DNA from: Octopus bimaculoides
Taxonomy: Eukaryota
Direction of reading: 5' to 3'
Assembly: GCF_001194135.2 (NCBI RefSeq)
Contig: NC_068990.1
Coordinates: forward strand, 72,968,220-73,032,219
Length of the DNA: 64,000 bases
Shown here: positions 27,268 through 40,730 of the stretch, one piece after another
How the letters are laid out: the number at the start of each line of letters is the position of its first letter
How positions within the stretch are numbered: position 1 is the first letter of the stretch
Translations under genes and position numbers: made by a program
The notes under the pieces: model-generated
Told to the model about the DNA's origin: nothing
The model's input: only the letters and a program-made list of their open reading frames with translations
Databases searched by the model: none

Positions 27268-27905
27268 GTACAAAGGTAAGAGGACAAAATATCAAAAGTC
27301 TCGATTGTGCAGACAATGTGGTCTTCACATCAACAACAAAGAAAGCAGGGTCTGGGTTATAACAGCATACAGAAAGGAAAAAAAGAAAGCACTGTCAATT
27401 TACAACATAATTAATGGAACTTCCTTGAAACAAATCAATGGCTTTAAATATTTAGGCATCTTTATTAGACTAGATAAGAAAAAACATCAAAGAAATTCAA
27501 AGATTGGACAGGTCAAAGCTGGTTATGGTGAGATCAAAGAGATCAAACATATATTGTCTAAGAAATGGCTATGAATAAGAGTGAGGAAAAGAGTCTTAAT
27601 GGGGTGGGGGTGCACAGGAACCATCCAATCAAGAGCAAAAACTTGTCCACATTGTAAAGATGTGGCTCCTTGGACAAATACTGAAGATGCACTATACAGA
27701 TAAAGTAACAAATGCTGAACAAACATAGACATGCAGAAACTACCACAAAACTTTGTAACAACACTGGGAGGCAACAGGCCATGTTTGTTTGACATTCTAT
27801 GAGATGACAAAGCAGCCTTGAACAATTTGTGACAACAGGAAAACTGAAAGGAAAATGAAGCTAGGAATTACAGACAGCAAAGATACTTGATGGCCTAACT
27901 AAGCT
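27268..27905 (+). mobile_element. Decayed RTE-clade LINE, RT C-terminal half
   Basis: GTKVRGQNIKSLDCADNVVF (decayed YADD motif), INGTSLKQINGFKYLGIFI, MWLLGQILKMHYTDKVTNAE, LEQFVTTGKLKGK; many stops and frameshifts. Confidence 0.85.
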
Positions 27906-28471
27906 GGTTATAGAAAAACCAATTTAAAGCCAATATAAAAACTGATCCCAGAAACACAGTATATAGTAATGTCTAAGAACTGAGTACTGAATCAAATGCG
28001 GAAATATGCTTAGAGAAAGTTTAGTTTTCAAGGTTTCCAACACACTGACATCTAACTTTTGAGTGCAGAAATTAAAATAAACAAAATGACAAACATCTGC
28101 CCCAGGTGCAAAATTATGATCTTGATCAAACAAGCCAATGAGTCATGTCAGTAATGTGCAAAGTGATAAATGCAAATATAGTCTTAAGGTTTGTAAGAAT
28201 TCCAAATTAGTGTTGATTCTGTTTTTTAGCCCCAGCTCCCATCAAACTATCTCGTTATTTTTTTTTTCCTTTTCTTTTTTGCATTATTCAAAATTCAAAA
28301 ATATCTAAAGACTATTTAAGTAAGAAAGAAGAAGCTACCTGAACTAAAATGCTAGTGTAGTGGACTAATCTATGCCACAATATATATAGGATAGTAGTTA
28401 AACAAGAACATTAGAGAACTTATTAATATTCAGGATGGATATAAAGTAAGGATATCTTGGAATGTAGCTGG

Positions 28472-28523
<52 letters not shown>

Positions 28524-30205
28524 AAGCATAACAAAGAAACAAGCTAATAATAGGAGCAATTGAGAATGGTTGACTTGATTCACCTATTTAACCTAACACA
28601 ACATATAAAAATTGATATGATGATATGAAAAGAATCAAATAGAATTTGAAAATAAATACTTTAATAGAAGAACAACAAACAAAAACTTTACGCTGTTTAG
28701 CTATATTGTATCACAATTATATTTTTAATAACAAACAAAATCTATAGTGGCATCATAATTTAAGCCAATAAAAGTACAAAAAGGCCTTAATAGCTTATAA
28801 ATAAATAAATTCAAAAGTTTTAAGCAATAAAATTTCTTTATTGCACATAAAACACTATCACTAATGAATTGTTTTTTAATAAAAACAAAACAAACGGATG
28901 CCTGTGTATTTATTCATCAAAAAGTATATTTTGCAAATGAATATTCAGTATTATCTGGAAGTCAATTTGAAACATAAGTGAGAAGATAATTTGGGGCATA
29001 AAATATTTCAGAACTGCTCACCCATCTCAATAATGTTAAATTAAAGAATTTTAATATTCAATTAATATATGAATCTGTCAGCCTACACCTAGAACTTACA
29101 TTTCAAAACAAAGAAATTACAGTCGATTCTCACTTTGTATTTATGATTTATTTCACTTATTTCAAATGTCAATCCATTGATTAAAATAGAAACGCTCTCC
29201 AAAGAATCTTCCTAAAAGTAATAACTTATTAATTCATATTACAATATCCAAATATTGCGGAAAAAAAAAAACATTCCAAAATATAGTTTGTCTTTTTTTT
29301 TTTGCACGTGAGAAATAAATCTGTTCTTAAGGTATTTATTGTTAATCAAAAGATGTTGATAATTAGCCAACTGAACATAAATATAGTCAGTATGAGGAAA
29401 GGCATATCCCATGGAGATTTTTGGTTACCATTAATGCTAAATATTAGCTTTGATATTTCACACTTAATATTTCAAAAAGAGACCTGATTCTTTTCAACTA
29501 AGGTCTCTTGTGGGTAACAGAAAATAGCCCACCTTTTTTTTATTTAGGTATCATAATTATAATTTATACACATGATAATTATAAGCAGATATCAAAATAA
29601 ATGATTTTAAATTTCAAAAGTGGTTATTTTTAACCCAGTCTAATTTTAAATATTTAGCAGAGCTATGAGAAAAGCTAAATAAAAATTAGAACAACACAAT
29701 AATTATATATTACAAAATAACATATAAACACATGCATTAACTAAATAAAGATATTAGCAGATCATTCTTAAATTATAAAAACAAAGCACATTAAATCAAT
29801 AATTCAGTTGAAGCTCAATTTTGTTAACCATCATTTCTACAAAATGATTATATAAATTAACTACACAAATTAATTCATAAATTTCAGCACTCCATAACTA
29901 CCTTTTTTTTTTATCTTTTTGCAAATTGTGGACACACGTTGCAATTCTAAGGTCTGTTAGTGACAAGTGCACCAAGTAATCATGAAAATTAAACCAAAAA
30001 CAAAAACAAAAAAACATTCATAATGCAATGACGATGCTTTATATGTGTTGAAAAATGTTAGCATAATGCTTATCATTTTCTTTTCTAACAAAATTTTTTC
30101 TGGATGCTACCAAAAATGATACTTACAAATATACTTTGGATAAGGTCTATTTGAACTGCATCACCTGATAGTCTTTATTTTATTCACAGGTAACAAATAC
30201 ACTAA

Positions 30206-30243
<38 letters not shown>

Positions 30244-30649
30244 CAATTATAAATAAGGGCAAAAGAAAAAATTTCTATGCCAATGTGCTGAAAAACAAAC
30301 TTTAGATCGTCTAAGCACATACAATATTTTTCACTATAAACACACCGTGTACTGAAATGAGAAAAGCAAGCTAACACAAATTTTTTAAAAATTCATTATT
30401 CCTGAATCGGACTGATTTCTAGATTAATCCACAAAGATTCTTCCTTCTTCAACGAGAAACACGATTAGAAATAAATGGAACACTCACATATACCCATGGA
30501 AAAAGCAGATGCAAAGTCATAAGTACATTTACCCAAATATATCCAAACAGAGATTCTGTAGCAAGCCTCAGCACACATGTAGACGGTCGGGAATTGCAAT
30601 TGCAAACATAGACTCTGGGTCATAAATGTTGGGAGTGATAAAGAGTCAA

Positions 30650-31240
30650 TTCCATCAACTCCTGTAGTGCTTGACTGGCAAATATTTTATTGATATTTCG
30701 AAGGATGACAGGCAAAGAAAGTTGACCTTGGTAGGATTTGAAATGTAACTATGTCAGTATAAAACTTTATATTGCAAAAACATTGTCCACTACTCTGTAG
30801 AGTTCACCAATAATAATTGTTTCTAACAGAAGAAATGACCTGAAATTTAGTGGGAGGGAATAGGTAGTTATTTCATTCCTAGTATTTGACTAGAATTCTA
30901 TTGACCCTGGAAGGACAAAAGACAAAATTTATTTTGTCAGGATTTGAACTCAAAATGTAAAGTTTTACTAAATACTACATGACACTTTGTAAACTCTAAT
31001 ACTATGAAACTCTGCCATCTTAAAAACAATGATTGTCTGTAACAAAGGCATAAATCCTGAAGTTTTAAGGGACACACATGAAGTGTTAACTTGACCCAAT
31101 ACTTGACTGGTACTCTATTTTATCGGCCTGGGAATGATAAAATGGCAAAGTTGACCTCAGTAAGATTTGAATTTAAAATGTGAAGAATTATAACTAAATA
31201 CTGCAAGGTATTTTGTTCAACACACTAACAATTCTATCAT
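30650..31240 (-). mobile_element. Three old, degenerate SINE family B copies in tandem
   Basis: Repeated tattttattga/gacc...gaaggat..aaaggcaaagttgacc...gatttgaactcaaaatgtaa blocks. Confidence 0.6.
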
Positions 31241-31983
31241 GCTACAAAGACAACGAATAATAAAAATAATGATAATAATAATGTAATTTTTCTAAAACTA
31301 CATAATTATATAACTACTGAAACTCCTCCTGTAATACTACTGACTCGAGTTAATAAAGATATTACACATCTAATGAGTACACGAACATTTCTACAGTACA
31401 TTGATCTTCCTTCAGCATGTTATAAACTTAGAATATCAGAGAAAGTCTGTTCTTTTAATTCGCATATTAATAGACATTTTCAGTTCATGAAGTACATATG
31501 TATACAGTTAGTCTTCCATATTTGTATTCCGTATTTGTTTTGATTGTTTTGTTTTCTGTTTGTTTGCTTTTTAAGGAAAGATATTAATTTTCAAACGTTT
31601 TTCTTCATAAAGGAATTCACAGTAATTTTACTGTTTTACTGTATAAAATCATCCTTAATAATGTTTAGTTATACCAACCATGAGAAGAAATTGCAATGGT
31701 ACATGTGTATGTGAATGTGTGTGTTGTAATGAAATGAAAGAGAACATTTAGGCCCTGTTTATAGACAATTTAGGCTTTTCAACAAAGGTCTTTTACTCTT
31801 GTTTTATACATTAAATACCATAAATAGAGTCACAATTACAGTATAATTAATTTTAAAATAAAACATTTTATTTAATGAAAAATTAATCAGTCTTCATACA
31901 AATCTCAGTGGGGAAATGAATTCATAATACAATAAACGGTACCATTTGAATAATTATAACAAAACATACATTCACAAGCATAC

Positions 31984-32031
<48 letters not shown>

Positions 32032-32905
32032 ACAAACACAAACACACACACATGCATATACATGCACCAAAGAAGAGTTTTTATTTACTCGCAATTAATA
32101 GAAGTTCCTTAAGCCCAATTAACATAATAGGTTTGTTGTTACCATTAGTTAAGTCAACCAAGAATTTTAATGAGTTAATGAAACAATTACAATGGTAGAA
32201 GTCAAAATGAGATTGCTTTGAAACAACCAACCGACCGACCAGCCGACTAACCAACCGAAAATAACAGAATCCAATAGCAATACATTAGCCTTTTTATCAT
32301 CTCAGTATTCTTCATCTTACCCGTAGCATCTTGAGCATGAGATGGAACGTAACAGAGAAGAACAAAAGTGTTTGAAACTAATGCAAATGCATTAGTTTCA
32401 TTTATCTCATTTTATTTACATCAATCAAAAGCCAGCAGGAGGTTTTTCTCACAAAGAATCAACCTGATGGTTGTAATGAAGTAATGACTCATTAGGACAT
32501 GAACTTCTAACTTTATAATGACCCAATACATAATTAAAGACAAGAACATTGTGAATAGAAGAATTATTTTCGGAAGAAAAATAGAGAGAGAAAAAAAACT
32601 CTTAAAACTCCTGACATAAATTCGCAGATATGTAAATATACACTGACAATAAACAAGGAAAACAAAGGTTAAGACAAGAATGTTTGTTTATCTAATTGAA
32701 ACGACAATATTAAAAATATTTATATATTTGTGCTGAATAAAATATTGAAAAGATAATTAAAAGAATTCATAATGAAATGCAGTCATTGAAAGAAACTAAA
32801 TAAAAATTTTGAAGTAATGAGCAAAATGAAAGTTAATCTTTACCATTGATCAACAATGTATGTGTGTGTATATATGTATCTACATACATATATATGAGTG
32901 TGTAG

Positions 32906-32973
<68 letters not shown>

Positions 32974-34030
32974 AGATATCTACATTGGTGTCTGTGCATA
33001 TGTGTGTGTAGCTATATATATATATTCTATTATGTGTGTATGTGGGTGTGGGTGTACACACACCCACATATATGCATATCCATATACATACACATAGTTG
33101 TGTAGATATGAGCATAAAAATGAAGGTTTGACAATGAAATGTTTGAGTGATTCAAGATGGGAATATTGCTAATGCATGCATCTCACACATACATAGACAC
33201 AGAGGTATGTGATTTATACACACACACACACACACATATATATATTACTCTTAGAAACATTGAATATATATATACATCTTTCATTCACATACATATATAT
33301 ATATAATATTAAAAAGCTTATAAAATATATTTCATAAACACAAAAAATTAAAAAAAATTAATTCATTTATCAACAGACGATGAAATGGACAAGATAGTGA
33401 GAGTTAATTAAAGTGAAGAGCTAATCAAGTAAATAATTCAACACTGAATAAAACATAATTGGAGTATTTAATTTGGAAACCTGAACTTAGAGAAAAATGT
33501 AAAAAAGAAACTGCTATCAAAAGAGAAATTCTTAAATAAACTATATTATTTCCCATTTCAAACAATTACAGAAATCAACACAAGTAGATTACAATTTATT
33601 AAGATTTTTCCTCATTCATAGAAACTTGAATAAGACTTCCAGAATATATTTCTAATTCTTTTCCTTTTTGAAAATTGTAAGAAATGATTACAGTGACTAA
33701 TTTTCTTTCTTTTTTTTTTATTTATCTATTTATTTTAAATAAATAAGTAGTTTATGAATAAATCAGTATTAATTGACTGGCAAAAGCAATTGTTTTAAAA
33801 ATTGTTTTCATTAAGTAATACATTTTAGATAAACAGAGACATCATTATGCCATTTTTTTTGTAGCTGTTTTTAATAGTTTAATCAGTTATACTACATATT
33901 TAAATATATTCAAATGTTTCATTCTCTCTCTCTCTCAATATTCATTTTATACTTCTTTTGCTTGCTTCTAAAGATGAATTTGCTAGCATTTAAAAAGCAA
34001 TTTTCAAAATTATACTGTAGAATAACAATA

Positions 34031-34583
34031 AAATAATACTGAGAGAAGCAGTATTAATACCAAAAAGTAATCTTAATCTCCAGCTTAACATGGAGGTTGT
34101 GTTAAAACACAGAATTATTTGCCTTGAGAGGATTTCTCATAAGGACTCATGGTACATAAAAACAAATGCAATCATATTGTAGATAGATGAGAATTGCCTG
34201 CTATGGCAGCCAGAAGTGCCAGATCCTCGAGGAACCCATAGCAGAGTGAAACCACATGACCTGGCACTTCCAGCACCCATAGCAGACAATTCTCATCTGC
34301 CAACGATATAATTACATGTTACAACATTTTGTAAACAAATTTTGGAAGTGTTGAATGTGTTTCGTATTTTACAGATGAGAAAATAATATTTTGAATGCAG
34401 TATATCTGTGAAAAGAGCAGAAATATTACTTTCTTGTCTGTAAAATAATTACACGTGTTTGTATGCACCATTAGTCCTTATGAGAGATCCTTTCAAGGTA
34501 AATAACTCAGGATTCTGTGTTATAACACAAATTCCACATTGAGTTGGAGATCTAGATTACCTTTGCTTCTGTCACTATTATTT
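34031..34583. repeat. Nested inverted repeat: ~150-bp outer arms around a 41-bp-stem hairpin; third arm copy at 35166-35290
   Basis: Reverse complement of 34031-34184 aligns with 34437-34583 (core blocks 34/38, 32/39, 18/20). Inner arms are 34185-34225 and 34258-34298. Confidence 0.85.
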
Positions 34584-34775
34584 ATTTTTTAATAAACCTG
34601 CTGGCTATTTGCAACACCAGTGCCTGAATAGGAACTAAGATTCTATATATCATTGATGGGAGATCTGGATGTTATCATGCTACTGGACATTTGTCACTAA
34701 GGAATCCATAGGAGGATTAAACCACAGGATCTGGCAGTTTGGTGGCCATAGCAGATAAATGTTATCTCTCAACAA

Positions 34776-35165
34776 TATTTGTTTCAGTCAGTCATTTGAT
34801 TGCAGCCATGCTGGAGCACAACCTTTAGTCGAACAAATTCAACCCCAGGACTTATTCTTTGTAAGCCTAGTACTTATTCTATCAGTCTCTTTTGCCGAAC
34901 TGCTTAGTTATGGGGACACAAGCACACCAGCATCAATTGTCAAGCGAAGGTGAGGGACAAACACAGGCACACAAACACACACGCAAATACACATATATAT
35001 ACGACGGGCTCCTTTCAGTTTCTGTCAATCAAATCCACTCATAAGGCTTTGGTTAGTCTGAGGCTATAGGAGAAGACACTTGCCCAAGGTGCCACGCAGT
35101 GGGACTGGACCTGGAACCATGTGGTTGGTTAGCAAGTTACTTACCACACAACCACTCCTGCACCT
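34776..35165 (-). mobile_element. SINE family A, full length
   Basis: Complete reverse-complement copy with retained CpGs, so relatively young. Confidence 0.9.
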
Positions 35166-36319
35166 AATACAATTACATGTGCTTCTATGCACCATGAGTT
35201 CTTATGAGAGAGATCCTCTCATTATAGATAATGCTGTATTCTGAGTTCTAACACAACTTCCATGTTAAACTGGAGATTACAATTACCTTGTAGAATAGCG
35301 TTATTTGAATAGGCCCAAAACATTGTCCACAAAATACATTTTGGTTTCTGATCCACTGACTTCTTTCTCACCACATCCAGCCAGTCTTGAATTGAGGATG
35401 GAATATATTTGAAGGACTCAACTATGGGTAAACTGGTGGTTAAAATAAAAGCTACAGCCCAACCACACAAGATTTGGAACTGAATAGAGATGAACAAAAT
35501 TAATCAATCTTATTCATTTTACCCCAACGCTCTACTGCCTCATACATCTTTGATTTTTAACATATTAAATATATTGATTTGTTATATAGACAGAAAGCCT
35601 AAGAATGTAGAGGAAAAGAAAACTAAATACGAAGGTTTATACTTTTCCAACATGCTTAAATAAATAATACGAATTAATAAAAACAAATTGAAACCAAGTC
35701 AAGGATGTGGTTTGTGTGGATCTTACTTTTATGATGCTTGCCACAATATATTAAGATATATTAAAAACTGAATTTGACAACCTAATAAAAACTAAGAAAT
35801 TTGTGACAAATTTTATGAGAAATTTGACATGAATAAAATTATTTGGTTTTAATAAATTGGCTAAGCTTTCATTTCCAATAATTTTATATGAACCTAAAAA
35901 CATACAGTCATTAACCATGCTGACATAATTTTTAATATAAAATCAAACACTTTAACACAAGAACAACCCCAAATTCTTTAGCTAGTGTTACCTACTTTAA
36001 TTTTGATGGCAACTCTATAACTAGCAAAATATTACACAGGAGATAAATTGTGTCATCATATCTAAGTTGAAATGTAAGGTGAATAAAAACCATTTTAGCA
36101 ATCTTAAAATGGTATGTAACAGGAACTGCTATGAGGCAATACTTGATGTCTTTCCTTCTTAATAGAAAGATAATTAAGAGTAAATTGTAACATGAAAGGA
36201 TGTGCCCAGTTAATATTTATATCTGAATATGTTCTGTGAATTAAACATTGTTCAAGTTCCATAAACTTATTAGATATTAAGGACATTATATTTACCTGAA
36301 GAGACCAATTTAATATCAA

Positions 36320-36509
36320 TTTCAAATTTTGGAAGAAGTACTAAGTCAATTACATTGAGCCCAGTGTTCAACTGGTACTTATTTTATGAACTCCAAAAGA
36401 GATGTAAGGTGAAGTCAATCCTGACAGAATTTGAACTTAAAACATTCAGACGAAATGCAGCTAAGCATTTTGCCCAGTGTGTGAACAATTTTGCCAGCTC
36501 ACCACCTTA
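36320..36509 (-). mobile_element. SINE family B
   Basis: Reverse complement of the family B head and core. Confidence 0.8.
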
Positions 36510-37957
36510 GACCAATCTAATATTAAAACATTAAATATGCACCTATATATTGTTGCTGAATATAATAAGTTGATACTGACATCATTGTATAACAAGCACT
36601 AACTTTGATATTATGTTTTCTTTTCATTGTAGTGAGATTTTAAGGAAATTAATACAATATAAGACATGAGAAACAGAAAAGCATCTATGTAGTTAATGCT
36701 ACAACAGTGTTACAAGTTGAGAAAGGATGCAATAGAACAATGAGTCAGGGATTAAAGGTTTCATGTTGAAAAAGTTTACTCATTAAGCAAATGGCTTTCA
36801 TTGGAATGTGGCCATGATACTAGTAATTAAAAGAAAGAAGCTTCTCAGTCACATGAACAGTAGACCATACAGAAGTATCATTTTAACTATCAACAACTCT
36901 GTCTATTTAAAAAAATCATAAAGAATCAGAGATCTCAATAAGTCAGTGATAGCAAATCCTGACAAGAGTATTTCTTAAAACTTTGGTTTCTACAAGCCAA
37001 CACTGAGTTGCTAAAAAAAAGGGGGAGAGAATGAAATTTTTGGGGGAAAATAATTGAGAAAATAATTAATTATTTTCAGTATCAAATGCAAGAGTAACAG
37101 TGGTGAGCTAGCAGAAAAAATATCCCTTTTGGGGAAATGAGATATACAGTTGATTCTGAGTGTATGCTACAAGAAAGTTTAAGCAAGTATTCTTACAGGA
37201 TAGCAGTAAAAGTTGCATCAAGAACTAAGGAGGATAGCATAGCCTAAAGAGGAAAATATTTGTTAAAAGGGTGGGTCAGGTCTAGGAAGAAGGGTACAAT
37301 ATTAAGGTAATAAAAAGTCATTATTTCATTTCCTTAACATAAAAAGCTCATAAGTTCAGCATTTTTCCTTTCTTTTCTTTTTTTTTTTTTTTTGAGATAA
37401 TGCACTTTTGTGATTAATATACCCTGCCCAAAAATATTTAGCCAACTAATTTTTGTTACAATAACATTCAATAAAAACAACTGATTTCCATGCTGACCAT
37501 TTGCCAACTTTATATATATAATAAGCTTGGAATAAGTGATCTGTCTTTGCTAGTGGAGAATTGTACTTTACAAACTCAAACCTCATAACTTTTTAATTTT
37601 TAACACATGTTTAAATTTCACTCTTTTTCTAACATTATACAAATCACAAAAAAAGAAAATGTATTCAAGGAAGCCTCTATGCTCGATCTGTTAGAACTAG
37701 CAACTAAATCTTCCCTTAAATCACACCTAACTTCTTAAATAAAAAAGAAAATAGTGGACAATATAGTCCCTAACACATACAATGATATGGTTTGGTCATA
37801 GCTGAAAGACCCTTGGTCATAGATGTATTTCATGAGCTGGGTTAAGATTAAAAAACAACTATTTCTTGTGTAACAATAGCAACAAACAATTTTTTTTTAA
37901 GGTAATGAAATGGGAGAAGCTAAGTTATTTACCTGTTAATATTAAATTTTACCTTTA

Positions 37958-38379
37958 AGGTGGTGAGTTGGCAGAATCGTTAGCATGCCTGGCGAAATGA
38001 TTAGCAGTATTTCATCTGTCTTTACATTCTGAGTTTAAATTCCATCGTGGTTGACTATGCCTTTCATCCTTTCAGAGTCGATAAAATAAGTACCAGCCAA
38101 GCATTGGTGTCAGCGTAATCAATTTGGTCCCTCCATCAACACTGCTGGCTTTGTGCCAGAATTTGAAACCAATATTAAATTTTATCTTTAAGGCAGTGAG
38201 CAAAAATCGTTAGCATACCAGGTAAAACACTAAGCAGCATTTTGCTCATCTCTACATTCTGAGTTCAACCACCACCAAGACCGACTTTGCCTTTCGTCCT
38301 TTCGGAGTTGATAAAATAAGTACCAGTTGAGTACTAGGGTTGATGTAATTGACTAATCCTCTCCTCTGAAATTGAAGCC
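37958..38379 (+). mobile_element. Two tandem SINE family B copies
   Basis: Copies 37958-38170 and 38191-38379, each bounded by an aatattaaattttaccttt-like repeat. Confidence 0.85.
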
Positions 38380-38699
38380 AACATTAAACTTTACCTTCAT
38401 CTGCAATTCTTCACTAATACAAGCTGGTTATCTTTTCTGTTAGAAAATCTATCTAAAAGAATGTATTGTCTAAAGAAGCACTTCTATATTCAATGACCTT
38501 GTTTTAGTAGGTGTTTGAAATCTGTAAAAGAAGTATAGAATCAAGAACTCTGGTGTTAAAAATAACCAAAAGCAAGTGTCAGCTACTGATGGACATCTCT
38601 ACAACACATGAAGTAGATATGAAATCAATACCAGTTTCACAAAGCAAATAATAGATGCATCATTGATAAGCAGATAGTTGAATACACCAACTACATTAT

Positions 38700-39450
38700 G
38701 AACAATGGCATAAATGCTTCAGTTGGGAAAATAAAAGGAAAATTAGTTGATCTAATTAATGGCATTAGGCAAGCTAATGCATTTTAGTTAAGAAACTTGG
38801 TATATGGAAGAAGTTTAGGCACCAATCGTTTGTAGATGAAAATGGGACACTACTGACCAGCAAAGTAGAAAAAAATGAAAGCAGAAGAGTTTTTGCAGTT
38901 GTTAGTTGCTTGAAGTGGAGGAATCTGTAAACTTGTTATACCCTCCAAGACTTAGAAATAAAGTTAATTGGACAAGGTTGATGAAACAAATTGTAAATTT
39001 GTCACTGGAGAAAAACAACATTAAGGAGAAAAGAAATTTACATGAAGCAGCTCTGAGGAAGAAAAATCAGGTAGAGAGTTTTGTATTGGGTTTTGGAGTG
39101 ATGAGAGATAATGGGCTTGTTGTGGGTACAATAATAAATAGTATGTAAGCAGTATTGATAAGTGGGAGGTGATAAGCAGTCAGGAAAATCAAGGGTCAAA
39201 TGGTATTCAATGAACATCTTAAGGATATTTTCAGTCAAGCTTAATAAACAGAGTTGGGCTACAACTATTAAAAATATTGGTCAATGCTTTACAAAAGAAA
39301 AGTGTGAGATTTAAAATATATGCCAGATGGAAAGAAAGGGAGTTAATTAGTAGAAGGCCAAATTATAATCAAAACTAATGAGCTAGATTAGCCTTTAAAC
39401 AGATAAAGTAATGCAGACCATGCAGTCATGAAGATAGGTTCTTTTGCTGA
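38700..39450 (+). mobile_element. Highly decayed LINE-like segment
   Basis: Purine-rich plus strand; VDENGTLLTSKVEK resembles the RTE linker KDxxGxLLTxxEE. No intact frame. Confidence 0.3.
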
Positions 39451-40345
39451 CATGTTTGATACATGTCAGCCTGAAAATATAACAGAAAATAAAGAATTTA
39501 TATTCCCTTTTTGTATACAGATGAGTCTTTCAAAACAAATTCCATCAATTGTGTGAGACTGCTCTTCACAAGTTCGCTACGTTCTCTATTTACTGAAATA
39601 TGGAATATGTCAGTAGAGCTATGAAATATAGAATACTCAGATTACAATGTAGCAAGATAACTGAGTATCTGGATTTGATATTTTGACCTGGCAACTAATT
39701 AGTTCAGTACCTTAGTCTCTCAGCTACCACACCCAATCAATAGAAACACTAAACTATAGAACAAAAAAAAAAATCAACATTTAGTGTGAAGTGGTATTAT
39801 TTTAGACATGTTTAGATAGAGATCGGAATCAAAATAAGAACCCCACTGATTAGAAATTTCATTTTTATAATCAATTGTAGCTTTAGTAACTGATCCATTA
39901 TCACAATTTGCATGCTCTATCTATTTTATGCTTCATTTAACTTCTTCCCACTGATAAGCTATCCATTAAACATACATCCATGAATCATCATTCTCTGAAC
40001 ACTGCCAAGCACTTTCACAACTGAGGCACAACTCAGTTTTAAACTCAAATATTTTCTTCTTAATATGCTTTTAGTGAACTCAAGATTAGAATCAAGAAAT
40101 TGAACTTAGTTCTTATTCTCCCATCTTACAGGTCTAATGGCCCCATTGTTAGGAGTGTATATTAATGGTGCACAAAAGTAAAGAATCAACCCCGAAGAGA
40201 ATAAATCTAAAATTCAGAAGCAGTCAGATTTCTTCATGATTATTAGTTTATCTGATTTCTTCAAACACCTAGACACTACAGCAACAGTTAACCAACAAAC
40301 CATTTAACCCTTTTTGTTACCATATTTCTGTAGAAATACACTGCT

Positions 40346-40730
40346 TAGGTGTGTCTGTATGACAAGAAGCTTGCTTCTCAACCACATGGTTCTGGATTCA
40401 ATCTCACTTCGTGGCACCTTGAGCAAGTGTCTTCTACTATAGCCTTAAGCCAATCAAAGGCTTGTTAGTAGAAACTGGAAGAAGTTCATCATGTGTGTGT
40501 GTGTGTGTTTAAGCAGGTGTGTTTTGTGTCTGTGTTTGTCGTCCACCACTGCGTAACAACCAGTGTTGAAGCTTTTATATCCCCATAACTTAGCAGCTTG
40601 GCAAAAGAGACTGATAGAATAAGTGCCAGGCTTAAAAGTGAAAAATAAATACTGGGGGCTGATTAATTTGTCAAAAAAATTATTCAAGGCGGTGCCCCAG
40701 CATGGCTGTAGTCTACTGACTGAAAATGAA
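40346..40730 (+). mobile_element. SINE family A, full length
   Basis: Head, core, TG tract and tail. Confidence 0.85.
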
